Shown: in pieces, positions 29,401 to 37,198 of the stretch | Layout: every line of letters starts with the position of its first letter | Position numbering within the stretch: the stretch's first letter is position 1 | Assembly: GCA_035279875.1 (NCBI GenBank) | Contig: DATEGX010000409.1 | Coordinates: 1-44,909, forward strand | DNA length: 44,909 nucleotides | From: Candidatus Binataceae bacterium | Lineage (GTDB): Bacteria; Desulfobacterota; Binatia; Binatales; Binataceae | Direction of reading: 5' to 3' | Made by a program: the position numbers and the translations under genes | The notes under the pieces: generated by a model | Database searches by the model: none | What the model was told of the DNA's origin: nothing | What the model saw: only the letters and a program-made list of their open reading frames with translations

Positions 29401-29412
29401 ACCATCCGCTAG
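26407..29412 (+). CDS. AsmA-family / AsmA-like C-terminal-region protein (YhdP/TamB-like envelope protein)
   Basis: 1001 aa. It has an N-terminal TM anchor (MRFLRLLAIAVILILASVGTALWY), a long beta-rich body, and a conserved C-terminus (FKTLTADFRGKGGDFYTDNLRLDGPVIDITARGDLSF....GAYFHVYGPFSNP). Confidence 0.75.
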   Translation: MRFLRLLAIAVILILASVGTALWYAVEHQTQLVQLVLAQLGQHTGMQIGISGSRLGFGVRFVVVLEHPTVRIDQREAARLQDIRAVFSYGAIFRHTGLPLYSLVLERGTIALPSGTPGFDLASPDAVPNAIDAVARNLEKMSTIARRLELVDISLLDQDGRSLFDHLSASAYRHQNAARKPWIIAFNCEATQTPLAGARLSGDLNLDPRPVEGGQLASGHLWFDRISLNDFHAANLAASAHLSGDVTLTISSEAQISGVFDLNARDLELGGQAMTSTLRLGDYSSHSSFRVTQALAELSDFQVVHKSSTILQAGVSLTDPYQASRAIAFSVSGIDLELPHAANWLRSFRAVPGRLIDFAERFRSGNLVLARVALKTPQPLSGLDLAILRKNLDVSAALTRVGYIPPPLFKLPPVYRFDAQMTYSGGIAQLRQATGQIGNSTLDDASVTADLRNAPAKIPYQLKLSSWLDTEDLFNSCSGFINQVEPRLRGRVEWVHGHAPIELQATDTLRGLAPAVPQDYLLKVDLGDVQFALNQLPNPLSLSGGALTVKSGTLQVDHVVAVPLGQPGNVVLDGAMRFGTPYAHFHDFSADLHQIASALWLPLIMDPQQLAVSGPLGGKLIANSPPNSDQIPTVTGKLTLGTGTIALGFMRNPINIIHSATLTLDGKGLVLDLPASVLESAPMNFRMSMADFSQPQLRIDAQIARLDFEALRFIRLPWSPKTPPRFFPVPVVGHIEASSGNFDKLAMTDISTDFSHDNENWRAYNFRAKAFNGTLDLNISGRTRDDWININGDIAQMDAGPLFLLSGQSKQTPMIGKLSASANLWGNTDVDFFRTLAGDVSLTVTDGTLDRFTLLRRILGLVDLKNWLTAEVPDPRESGIPFKTLTADFRGKGGDFYTDNLRLDGPVIDITARGDLSFADNTMNMEIDLIPFRTANWIVNKIPIIGSHLAGGSKGWVGAYFHVYGPFSNPGIVPKPITTVTEFVIKTLTLPINIIAPNTIR

Positions 29413-30110
29413 TGCCGCGCATGCCGGGCCGCCCAGCTATCATTGTTTTCACGCGCGAGCCCTTACCCGGTTCGAGCAAAACCCGTCTGGCCGCGCGGAT
29501 TGGCGAGGAGAACGCCGCCGCACTCGCGGACGCCTTCAATCGTGACGCCCTTGCAAAGGCCCGAACTCTCAAACTTCCGTTGGTGATCGCTGGCAGTACC
29601 GTCGGCGACGCACGGCACAACCGCTACTTTAAATCGCTCGCACGACGCTTCGGCGCTCATCTCACCGACCAGGGACTTGGCAGCCTGGGCGCCCGGATGG
29701 CGCGGGCATTGGCGCCGCACGAGAGCGCCGGGGCGATTCTAATCGGCACCGACACACCTTCGCTGCCGCTTAAGATGCTGCAGCGCGGTGTCACAATTCT
29801 ACGCCGCAATCGGGTCGTACTAGGCCCGAGCCTCGACGGGGGTTACTACCTGGTCGGGACCCGCGGCCCCATCCCCGACATGTTTACCGCCATTCGCTGG
29901 GGCGGGACTCGGGTTCTGGCGCAAACCGTCGCGCGGCTCCAGAAGGCGAAGGTCAGCTTCGCACTGGCGCCGGCGTGGTACGATGTCGACCGATGGAGTG
30001 ATCTGATGTTGCTGGCCGAGCATCTACGGCGCGAACCCGCGCTAGCGGCCGCGTGTCCGGTCACCGCTCGTGCGCTGCGCCGGCTTGGCCTGCTTCCGAC
30101 CGGCCGGTAA
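29412..30110 (+). CDS. DUF2064 / TIGR04282-type glycosyltransferase-like protein
   Basis: 232 aa. It has IIVFTREPLPGSSKTRLA, GxDTPSLP (LIGTDTPSLP) and DGGYYLVG. The start overlaps the upstream stop (taGTG); the ATG at 29421 is also possible. Confidence 0.75.
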   Translation: MPRMPGRPAIIVFTREPLPGSSKTRLAARIGEENAAALADAFNRDALAKARTLKLPLVIAGSTVGDARHNRYFKSLARRFGAHLTDQGLGSLGARMARALAPHESAGAILIGTDTPSLPLKMLQRGVTILRRNRVVLGPSLDGGYYLVGTRGPIPDMFTAIRWGGTRVLAQTVARLQKAKVSFALAPAWYDVDRWSDLMLLAEHLRREPALAAACPVTARALRRLGLLPTGR

Positions 30111-30119
30111 AGTACTTCG

Positions 30120-30497
30120 ATGGCCGCGACGGCGGGAGCTTTCAGGATTGTGCTGGTGATGGCCGGCAGCGAAGAAGAAGCCGGCACGATTGCCCGCGCC
30201 GTCGTCGAGGATCGGCTGGCAGCTTGCGTTAATGTTGTCGGCCCCGTTCGCTCCACCTATAGATGGCGCGGCGCGATCGAAAGTGCGGCCGAATTCATGC
30301 TCATTATCAAGACCCGCGCCCGGAATATCGCCAGCCTGGAGCGCCGGGTACGCGAACTCCATAGCTACGAGGTCCCTGAGATTGTCGCCTTTGCGCTGGC
30401 GGCCGGCTCCCGCCCTTATCTCGAATGGCTTGCTGCATCGACGATGCCCACCAGCAAGGCCGTCGCCAAAAAGCCTCGCCGGCGCGCGTCGGCTTGA
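30120..30497 (+). CDS. cutA: Divalent-cation tolerance protein CutA
   Basis: 125 aa with RLAACVNVVGPVRSTYRWRGAIE and HSYEVPEIVAF. Confidence 0.85.
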   Translation: MAATAGAFRIVLVMAGSEEEAGTIARAVVEDRLAACVNVVGPVRSTYRWRGAIESAAEFMLIIKTRARNIASLERRVRELHSYEVPEIVAFALAAGSRPYLEWLAASTMPTSKAVAKKPRRRASA

Positions 30498-30509
30498 CAG
30501 GTAGTCGAC

Positions 30510-31595
30510 ATGTTTCGTGAAGCGATCGAGCAAATGGCGCCCTACACACCGGGCGAGCAGCCGCGGCCCGGGCAGCGCCTGATCAAGCTCAACACCAACG
30601 AAAATCCTTACCCACCCTCGCCACTGGTGCGCCGCGCGATTGTCAAGGCGGCAGGCGCTTCCCTTCGGCTCTATCCGCCGCCCCGCGCGGACGAGTTCGT
30701 CGCTGCGGCCGCGCGTCTCTACCGCGTACCGCGCCAGATGATCCTGGCCGGTAACGGCTCCGACGAGTTGCTGGCGATGCTGTTTCGCGCCGTCCTGGAA
30801 CCGGGCGACAAAGTCGCGTATGCGCTGCCGACCTACTCGCTCTACGATACGCTCGCGGCAATTCAGCAAGCGCGGGTCATCGCAACTCCGCTCGGGCCGG
30901 GTTTCGCGCAGCCGCTGGAAGCGCTGGCCCGGAAGCGCGCCGCACTGACTATCGTATGCAACCCCAATTCGCCTTGTGGCACCCCCGCCATGCCGGACGC
31001 CCTGGCCGAACTCGCCCGCGCCCTCGATGACCGGCTGCTCGCAATCGACGAAGCTTACGTGGATTTCGCCGAACAGAGCGCTCTTGCGCTGGTAAAGCGC
31101 CATCCGAACGTAATCGTGCTGCGCAGCTTCTCGAAATCATTCGCGCTGGCCGGGATGCGGCTCGGCCTTTGCTTCGCGCAACCTCCTGTTATTGAGCAGT
31201 TACTTAAAGTCAAGGACTCGTACAATCTATCGCGGCTGGCGGTGGTGGCTGGAGCGGCCGCGCTCGCCGACGTCGCCTGGATGCGGCACAACGTCGAACT
31301 GGTTAAGCGCACCCGGCGGATGACTGAGGCGCGGCTGCGCCGGATGGGCTTCGAAGTTCCACGCTCCCAGGCGAATTTTGTCCTGGCGCGCGTCGAAGGC
31401 CACGACATGGGCGCGGTCGCTGCGGGGCTGCGTCGCAAGGGCATCCTGGTACGGCACTTTCCGCAGTCCGTGTTTCGCGACGCGCTCCGGATTTCGATTG
31501 GCAAGCCCGCCGAGATGGGTGTCCTGTTCAAGGCGCTCGAGCCTTTGATTCGTCCGATTATCGCGGCGCGCAGCAACGGCCGCGTGCGCAAGTGA
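30510..31595 (+). CDS. hisC: Histidinol-phosphate aminotransferase
   Basis: 361 aa with YTPGEQ, IKLNTNENPYPPSP, NPNSPCG, DEAYVDF and RSFSKSFALAGMRLG (PLP Lys). Confidence 0.9.
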   Translation: MFREAIEQMAPYTPGEQPRPGQRLIKLNTNENPYPPSPLVRRAIVKAAGASLRLYPPPRADEFVAAAARLYRVPRQMILAGNGSDELLAMLFRAVLEPGDKVAYALPTYSLYDTLAAIQQARVIATPLGPGFAQPLEALARKRAALTIVCNPNSPCGTPAMPDALAELARALDDRLLAIDEAYVDFAEQSALALVKRHPNVIVLRSFSKSFALAGMRLGLCFAQPPVIEQLLKVKDSYNLSRLAVVAGAAALADVAWMRHNVELVKRTRRMTEARLRRMGFEVPRSQANFVLARVEGHDMGAVAAGLRRKGILVRHFPQSVFRDALRISIGKPAEMGVLFKALEPLIRPIIAARSNGRVRK

Positions 31596-32245
31596 GCCGG
31601 CTGGGGCGGCTGTTCGGGAAATTCCGCCAGGCGCCTCATCCCGAATCCGGCGAGCCGGCGGCGGAGCAACCGCAGATTCGCTGGGTGATCGTCGGCCTCG
31701 GGAATCCCGGCGAGCAATATGCGCGCTCGCGCCATAATCTCGGCTTCATGACCGCTCGCCGCCTCGCCGCCCGGCACAGCATCGAGCTCGACCGGCGCAA
31801 ATGGGGCGGCTTGTGCGGCGAGATACGCGGCGAAGATGCCACCGCGATCGTTGTCACTCCGCAAACTTACTACAACCGCAGCGGCGACTGCGCGAGCGCG
31901 ATTCTCGGCTACTACAAGGTTCCTCCCGATCGGCTAATCGTGATTCACGACGAAATGGATCTTCCCGAGGGGCAGATAAGGCTCAAACGGGGAGGGGGCG
32001 ACGCCGGCAACCGCGGCGTTCGCTCCATCGCTGAGGCGCTCGCCACCCCCGAATTTATCCGCCTGCGAATTGGTGTGGCTCATCCCTGCGGCGATCGGGA
32101 AAGCGTCGAATATTTGCTTAAGCCGCTCAGCGCCGAACAGATGCGCGGCTTCGAGCCGGTATGCGACCGCGCGGCCGACGCAGCCCTGTCGATTATGCGC
32201 GACGGCCTCGACCGCGCGCGCAACCTCTTCAATCAGCGCGTGTAA
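31592..32245 (+). CDS. pth: Peptidyl-tRNA hydrolase (with a roughly 28-aa N-terminal extension if the GTG at 31592 is used)
   Basis: It has VIVGLGNPGEQYARSRHNLGFM, HDEMDLPEG.IRLK.GG and NRGVRSI. A GTGA overlap links it to the hisC stop. Confidence 0.85.
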   Translation: MSRLGRLFGKFRQAPHPESGEPAAEQPQIRWVIVGLGNPGEQYARSRHNLGFMTARRLAARHSIELDRRKWGGLCGEIRGEDATAIVVTPQTYYNRSGDCASAILGYYKVPPDRLIVIHDEMDLPEGQIRLKRGGGDAGNRGVRSIAEALATPEFIRLRIGVAHPCGDRESVEYLLKPLSAEQMRGFEPVCDRAADAALSIMRDGLDRARNLFNQRV

Positions 32246-32257
32246 GAAGGTACGGCC

Positions 32258-33172
32258 TCACGCCGCATTCTGCTTCTGCGGTGGCGCCCCGATCCCACGA
32301 TGACCCCAGATGCTGCCGGCCTGATGGTGCTGTACTTTCCAGGTCGCATCGTCGACCGTCCGCGCGCCGAAGCCGTACTCGATTTCGAAGCCCGACGGCG
32401 ACCGCATATAGAACGACACCATGTGGTCGTTGGTATGTCGTCCGAGCGATCCCGAAATCGGAATCGCGCGGTCCTGCGCCAGGTACATCGTCGAGCAAAC
32501 ATCGTCGAGCGCCTTCGTCTGCAACATGAAATGCATCAGGCGCTTCTTCGCCGGAATTTCGCCGAAGGCAATCGAGTGATGGCGCGGGTTGCAGTGCATA
32601 AAGGCCAACGATAACGGCCGCCCGGCGCGCCCCATCGCCAGGTCGATGAAGTCGCTGACCCGCATGCCGAGGACGTCGCGGTAAAAATGCAGGCTCTTGG
32701 CGGCGTCGTCGACCCTGACCACGATGTGCCCGAGTCCCATCGTGCCTGTTTCGAAGCCCGCGAGCGGGCGTGGCGAGTTGAAGGGCTCGCGATAGTTCAT
32801 CAGGGGCCCGAAATAGGCTTCGGTGGGAATTCCGCTCGGGTCCTTGAACTTGAGCAACCCGATGACACCGCGCGCCTTCGCGTCCTCGTCGGAGCCAGCC
32901 GTCGCCTCTACCCCATCGGCCTTAAGCTGGCGTCCGAGTTCCTCGAGCGTGCGCTGGTCGGCGACTTCCCAGCCGACGAATGCCACGTCATCGTCACCGC
33001 CGGCACGAACGACGAAACGGTGATGGTTTTCATCCATGCGCAGGAAAAAACCCTCGGGGGTTTTGTCGGCCACCTGCAGACCGAGCACTTCCGTGGCGAA
33101 GCGCTCCCATTCGCCGAGGTCGCTGACGTTCAGACCCAGGTAACCCAGTTGAGAGACACTCGCCATGAGCAT
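32258..33172 (-). CDS. Type I extradiol ring-cleavage dioxygenase (BphC/HsaC-like, two VOC domains)
   Basis: 304 aa. It has LGYLGLNVSDL..W..F...LG, LGHIVVRV, FMHCNPRHHSIAF, and a C-terminal SPSGFEIEYG. Confidence 0.85.
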   Translation of the reverse strand: MLMASVSQLGYLGLNVSDLGEWERFATEVLGLQVADKTPEGFFLRMDENHHRFVVRAGGDDDVAFVGWEVADQRTLEELGRQLKADGVEATAGSDEDAKARGVIGLLKFKDPSGIPTEAYFGPLMNYREPFNSPRPLAGFETGTMGLGHIVVRVDDAAKSLHFYRDVLGMRVSDFIDLAMGRAGRPLSLAFMHCNPRHHSIAFGEIPAKKRLMHFMLQTKALDDVCSTMYLAQDRAIPISGSLGRHTNDHMVSFYMRSPSGFEIEYGFGARTVDDATWKVQHHQAGSIWGHRGIGAPPQKQNAA

Positions 33173-33205
33173 TTTCCTCTTTGAGCCTCGCCGGCCGCGG
33201 CGTTC

Positions 33206-33682
33206 TCAGACAATGAATGTAAGATTATCGATGACCTCGTCGTTGTTCACAAGCACGGCCTTTTTGGCCGCGATTTTCCATCGTCCCTCTTCCAGCCGAA
33301 CCTGGTGTTCGTAGCGGCCGGCGAAGATACGAGGTTTGCCCTGTCGCAGTTCGTACAAGATGAACGCCGAGACCACCTTCGCCCGGTCCTCTTCGACTTC
33401 GTCGATCTGTACGTTGGATACCAGCCGGCGGGTCTTCGAGGCCGGACTTTGCGCGTGCGCCATACCGCTGGCCAGCCGCGCGATACGGTCGCGCAGGCGC
33501 GCATGGTCGTCGTAAACCAGCGAGATTTCGCGATTAGGATCGACGCCCTCGCCATTGCAGGGCACCCAGTAACGGGCATCATCGGTCAGCGTCGCGAACC
33601 AATCCTCGTAGCGGCCGTCGTCGAGCGCTCGCGCCTCTTCGTAAAGGAATTCTTCGGCCTGCTGGCGGCTCAGAATTGCCAT
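33206..33682 (-). CDS. Aromatic-ring-hydroxylating dioxygenase beta subunit (SnoaL/NTF2-like)
   Basis: I trimmed the start to the ATG at 33682 (MAILSRQQAEEFLYEEARALDDGRYEDW...YWVP), giving 158 aa, 20 nt after the alpha stop. The track extension to 33913 overlaps the alpha gene. Confidence 0.8.
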   Translation of the reverse strand: MAILSRQQAEEFLYEEARALDDGRYEDWFATLTDDARYWVPCNGEGVDPNREISLVYDDHARLRDRIARLASGMAHAQSPASKTRRLVSNVQIDEVEEDRAKVVSAFILYELRQGKPRIFAGRYEHQVRLEEGRWKIAAKKAVLVNNDEVIDNLTFIV

Positions 33683-33702
33683 CGAATAGCCGGCGGAACA
33701 GC

Positions 33703-35019
33703 CTAGCCGCGCGCCGCGGGACGTGGCCGCAGTTCGCTCACATTCGCCGCCGCGCCGACCATCAGATTGCGCCACTGCTGATAAAACGCGCGTTGTGGCA
33801 ATTCGTCGGAGATATGCGCCGCGCGGTTGCCGTCCTCGCCGCGATGCTCGCGCTCGAGGCCGCGCGACAACTCCAGCCATTCGGCACCCTTGACCCTCAG
33901 GCCCTGCGTGCAACGGTTGAACATTTCGACATCGTCGGGCGCACCTCCGCCGGCCGAACCGTAGAATGCCTCATGCGCCCGTAACCGCGCGACGTTGATT
34001 TCGTCGGGAACGCCTTTGAGCGTAGTCGGCGTCAAGTGAACGTCGGTGCGGCCAACGCCTACCGGGATGACGTTACGGAACTGAATGCCGATGATCAGCA
34101 GGTTGGGGAAGATCGCGAGATTGACGTTCGAACCGCCGAGAATTTCGCTGGTCCGGCTCTCGCCGTAGCGGCGCGTCAGGCTTTCGATATACGCTTCGTT
34201 GCTTTCCCTGGAAGTCGCACCGCGCAGGATGGTGTTGACCGGGCGGTGGCCCTTGCGCTTCGGCGCCATGTCGAGGATCGAATGGCCGTTGCCAAGGTCC
34301 TTGGTCTCGTAGGCGGAGCTCTCCGTGAACAGCTTCATCACGCGCCGCCCCAATTCCCGTCCCTGGATCTCGAAGAACGACTGATGCACGAAATTGGGAT
34401 GATAGCCGTCGACGCCATTCTCCATCTGGAACTTCCAGTTGCCGTCGTAACCATACTTATGGGTGCCGCAGTGGGCCTCTACCGCACCCTCCGGCGACAA
34501 ATCCATGAACAGGTCGATGAAATACTTCGCCCCCGCCAAATGTTCGCTGATTTCGGGGACGTCGGGATTGAGACTCGCGAACACCAGTCCGCGATAAATG
34601 CCCACCTTGGGCCTTAGCAGGGTGAATCTGCGGCGGTCGAAGCGCTTGCCATAACCGCCCGGATACGGCACGCCGATCAGTTCGCCCCGGTTGCTGTACG
34701 TCCAGCCGTGATACCAGCATCGGAAGTAGCTCGAATTGCCGCGCTGCTCCTGGCAAATCGTCGAGCCGCGATGCATACAACGATTCATCAGGACGTGGAC
34801 GCCGCCGTCCTCGTCACGCGTCATGATCGCCGGCTGCAGGCCAATCGTCACCGTCTTGTAGTCTCCGGCGACGGCGACTTCACTCTCATGGCCGACGAAG
34901 ACCCAGGTACGCTCGAAAATCCGCTCTATTTCGGCGTCGAAGACCTCGGTCTCGGTGTAGATCTTACGATGAACTCGAGTCTCCTGGACCAACTCGTCGA
35001 AGTTCAATTGCGGCGCCAT
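33703..35019 (-). CDS. Rieske non-haem iron ring-hydroxylating dioxygenase alpha subunit
   Basis: 438 aa. The Rieske motif is CMHRGSTIC...CWYHGW. The mononuclear iron motif is DGYHPNFVH. A GGAGGTG RBS is present. Confidence 0.9.
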   Translation of the reverse strand: MAPQLNFDELVQETRVHRKIYTETEVFDAEIERIFERTWVFVGHESEVAVAGDYKTVTIGLQPAIMTRDEDGGVHVLMNRCMHRGSTICQEQRGNSSYFRCWYHGWTYSNRGELIGVPYPGGYGKRFDRRRFTLLRPKVGIYRGLVFASLNPDVPEISEHLAGAKYFIDLFMDLSPEGAVEAHCGTHKYGYDGNWKFQMENGVDGYHPNFVHQSFFEIQGRELGRRVMKLFTESSAYETKDLGNGHSILDMAPKRKGHRPVNTILRGATSRESNEAYIESLTRRYGESRTSEILGGSNVNLAIFPNLLIIGIQFRNVIPVGVGRTDVHLTPTTLKGVPDEINVARLRAHEAFYGSAGGGAPDDVEMFNRCTQGLRVKGAEWLELSRGLEREHRGEDGNRAAHISDELPQRAFYQQWRNLMVGAAANVSELRPRPAARG

Positions 35020-35134
35020 GGTTCACCTCCGCAGGTATGCGGCCCTTGGCCGAGCTTCCGTTCCTTCCTTTGTGCGCCAAACGGAGGATTTCGGCAATAC
35101 GTGACAGCGCGGGAAACGGAAGCCCCCAACGCAG

Positions 35135-35215
35135 AGACCGGCCGCGAGCTATTATGCCGGCGGCCGGTCTTGCAGAAACGGCTTCGGGGACATCGCGTCC
35201 AGGCGCGACGTCCCC
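35135..35215 (-). terminator. Two tandem GC-rich hairpins downstream of the amidohydrolase stop (terminator-like)
   Basis: The first hairpin is GGGGAC-A-TCGCG / CGCGA-C-GTCCCC (35186-35215). The second has an 11-bp stem, AGACCGGCCGC / GCGGCCGGTCT (35135-45 paired with 35160-70). The U-tract is only weak (GUUUCU) after the first hairpin on the minus strand. Confidence 0.45.
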
Positions 35216-35223
35216 GCGGAATT

Positions 35224-36951
35224 TCAGGCGCAGCGCACCAGTTTACCCGGATACGCCTTGGTATCTTTTCCGTCCTCGAAGGAAACCTCGCCATTGACCA
35301 TGATCCAGCGATAGCCGCGCGGCCGCTGCACCAGCCGCGAATCGTTGTCTGGCGGCAGGTCATAGACCATCTCCGGTTCCTCGACTCCCAGCTTTTCGAA
35401 GTCGTAGACGAGCATATCGGCGGCCATCCCTTCGCGAATACAGCCGCGGTCTTTGAAACCGGCAACCCACGCGGGCATGTAGCTCAGGTGATAGTGAGCT
35501 TGCTCGAGCGTAATCGCCCCTGCGTCGCGCACGACCCGCGACAGCAGATCGGTCGGGAACATGCCCAGGGTCTGGAACTTCGCATGCGCTCCGCCGTCGG
35601 AAAAGCCCGCGACTGCGCGATGACCCAGCATCTCCTTGCAGTGATCCGGTCGCGAATTGAATGCCGGCGTCTGCCACTGGGTCTTCCAGCCGTCGGCGGC
35701 GGAGATATCCAGCAGCACGTCGATCACATGCCTGTTCTCGGTCTTGGCGATCTCGCCGGCGGTGCGATCCTGATAGCGCGCGCGCAGATCTTCGCGGCCG
35801 ATCTTGCGGCAGATAAAATGCACCAGGTCGCCGACGCTGCGCGGCTGCTTGGTCTGATCGTAGATCTCCTTCATCCGCGCGCGCCGGACCGGATCGCTGA
35901 GTCGCCCGACCCGCTCCTCGTAAGTGCCCATCAGGGCTTCGCGCCATTCATCGACGTTGTCGAAGAAGGTCCACTTCTCACCGAAACAGCAGCGCAGATA
36001 GAGCGGCGCGGTCAGCGCGTGCGCCACCAGCGGAACGCCGCGCCGGTTGTAATCGTCGACCACCGCGAGTTGTCCGCGGAACACGTCGGGCCGCTTCTCG
36101 ATCGGCACTACCGCGTTGAAGATGAGCGGGCGGTTAGCCGCCTCGGCCAGCCGGCCGGCGAAATCCATATCGCGCCGGGGCCCCTCGGCGCCCTCGTCGA
36201 GATTGCCCGAAGCCTGCGCGAACTGGATATGCCCGCGATCGTATTTGCGCAGCGCCCTGGCCAGGTCGAGGTAAAAGTCGTCCGGCATGATATCGGAGAC
36301 CATCAGGGTGCCGTCGTAATCGCGTTGCACGGAGATATTGCCGAGCAGCCGCTGCGCCGCCCAGCCATTCGCACCCACCGCCATCGCTTGTTCGATGATG
36401 TTGACCATCGAAGCGACTTCTTTTTCGCTCGGCCGGCGGCTCTTGGCCTCTTCGTACCCGCCCATCACGTAGCTGACCAGCGGCGTGACCGGGACGAGCT
36501 GGATCATGTTGACCGCCTTGGGCAGGCGGTCGATCTCATCCATCCACTGGGGGAAGGTCTCCCAATTGAAGGGCATCGCCGCCTTCATGGCCTCGTACGG
36601 AATCGCCTCGTTGCGTTCCATCGAGAGCATCGAACGGTCGGCATCCTTGGCATGAACCGGCGCGAAGCCGAAGCCGCAGTTGCCGTTGGTGACCGAGGTG
36701 ACGCCGTGCCAACTGCCGATCGAGCAGGCCGGGTCCCAGAACACCGGCGCGTCGTAGTGGCAATGCAGGTCGACCACGCCGGGCGCCACGATCAGGCCGG
36801 ATGCGTCGAGAGTTTGTGAAGCGTCGCTGCTCTTGAGGTAACCGATCTTGACGATCTTGCCGCCCTTGATTCCAACGTCGGCCTTGTACGGGGGCGTCAG
36901 CGTGCCGTCAACGATCGTTCCACCCTTTACGACCTTGTCGAACTCTGGCAT
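35224..36951 (-). CDS. Metal-dependent amidohydrolase, N-acyl-D-amino-acid deacylase (D-aminoacylase) family
   Basis: I trimmed the start to the ATG at 36951, preceded by AAGGAGGG. The sequence VVKGGTIVDGT...ADVGIKGGKIVKIG...LDASGLIVAPGVVDLHCHYD shows the HxH metal motif. The gene encodes 575 aa. Confidence 0.8.
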   Translation of the reverse strand: MPEFDKVVKGGTIVDGTLTPPYKADVGIKGGKIVKIGYLKSSDASQTLDASGLIVAPGVVDLHCHYDAPVFWDPACSIGSWHGVTSVTNGNCGFGFAPVHAKDADRSMLSMERNEAIPYEAMKAAMPFNWETFPQWMDEIDRLPKAVNMIQLVPVTPLVSYVMGGYEEAKSRRPSEKEVASMVNIIEQAMAVGANGWAAQRLLGNISVQRDYDGTLMVSDIMPDDFYLDLARALRKYDRGHIQFAQASGNLDEGAEGPRRDMDFAGRLAEAANRPLIFNAVVPIEKRPDVFRGQLAVVDDYNRRGVPLVAHALTAPLYLRCCFGEKWTFFDNVDEWREALMGTYEERVGRLSDPVRRARMKEIYDQTKQPRSVGDLVHFICRKIGREDLRARYQDRTAGEIAKTENRHVIDVLLDISAADGWKTQWQTPAFNSRPDHCKEMLGHRAVAGFSDGGAHAKFQTLGMFPTDLLSRVVRDAGAITLEQAHYHLSYMPAWVAGFKDRGCIREGMAADMLVYDFEKLGVEEPEMVYDLPPDNDSRLVQRPRGYRWIMVNGEVSFEDGKDTKAYPGKLVRCA

Positions 36952-36970
36952 AAAGCCCTCCTTTTTGGCT

Positions 36971-36996
36971 TGGTCAAAGTTGTTACGTTTTGACCA
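36971..36996. promoter_or_regulatory. Perfect 8-bp inverted repeat (candidate operator) in the divergent amidohydrolase/GT39 intergenic region
   Basis: The sequence is TGGTCAAA-gttgttacgt-TTTGACCA, lying 20-45 nt upstream of the amidohydrolase ATG. Confidence 0.35.
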
Positions 36997-37198
36997 TTCC
37001 GTCACACTCGCGGCCAAGCTTGTCAAGGGCCGCTAGACTCTACCCGGTACAACCACCAGACTGTGCGGAGACATTGAACATCTCTCCGATGCCATATTAT
37101 GCGCTTCGCGCCGGTCTTGAAGTCGGCCAAGGCCGCGGCCCGAGCGCCTCGCGGGCGCCGACGGGTCTTCATCGCGGATTGGAGATTTGCGCCGCTAG

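Noticed and set aside
20040-31103. Several long minus-strand ORFs: 20040-21278, 21306-21920, 22686-23429, 25253-26347, 26041-26982 and 30042-31103
   Set aside because: All lie antisense to strongly supported housekeeping genes (tal-pgi, pgl, typA, AsmA-like, hisC). They have Arg-rich junk translations.
34708-36819. 703-aa plus-strand ORF crossing the Rieske alpha gene, the 204-nt spacer and the amidohydrolase gene
   Set aside because: It is a shadow frame exactly antisense to both real genes. The sequence is low-complexity and Arg/His/Asp-rich. It stays open through the spacer by chance in GC-rich DNA.
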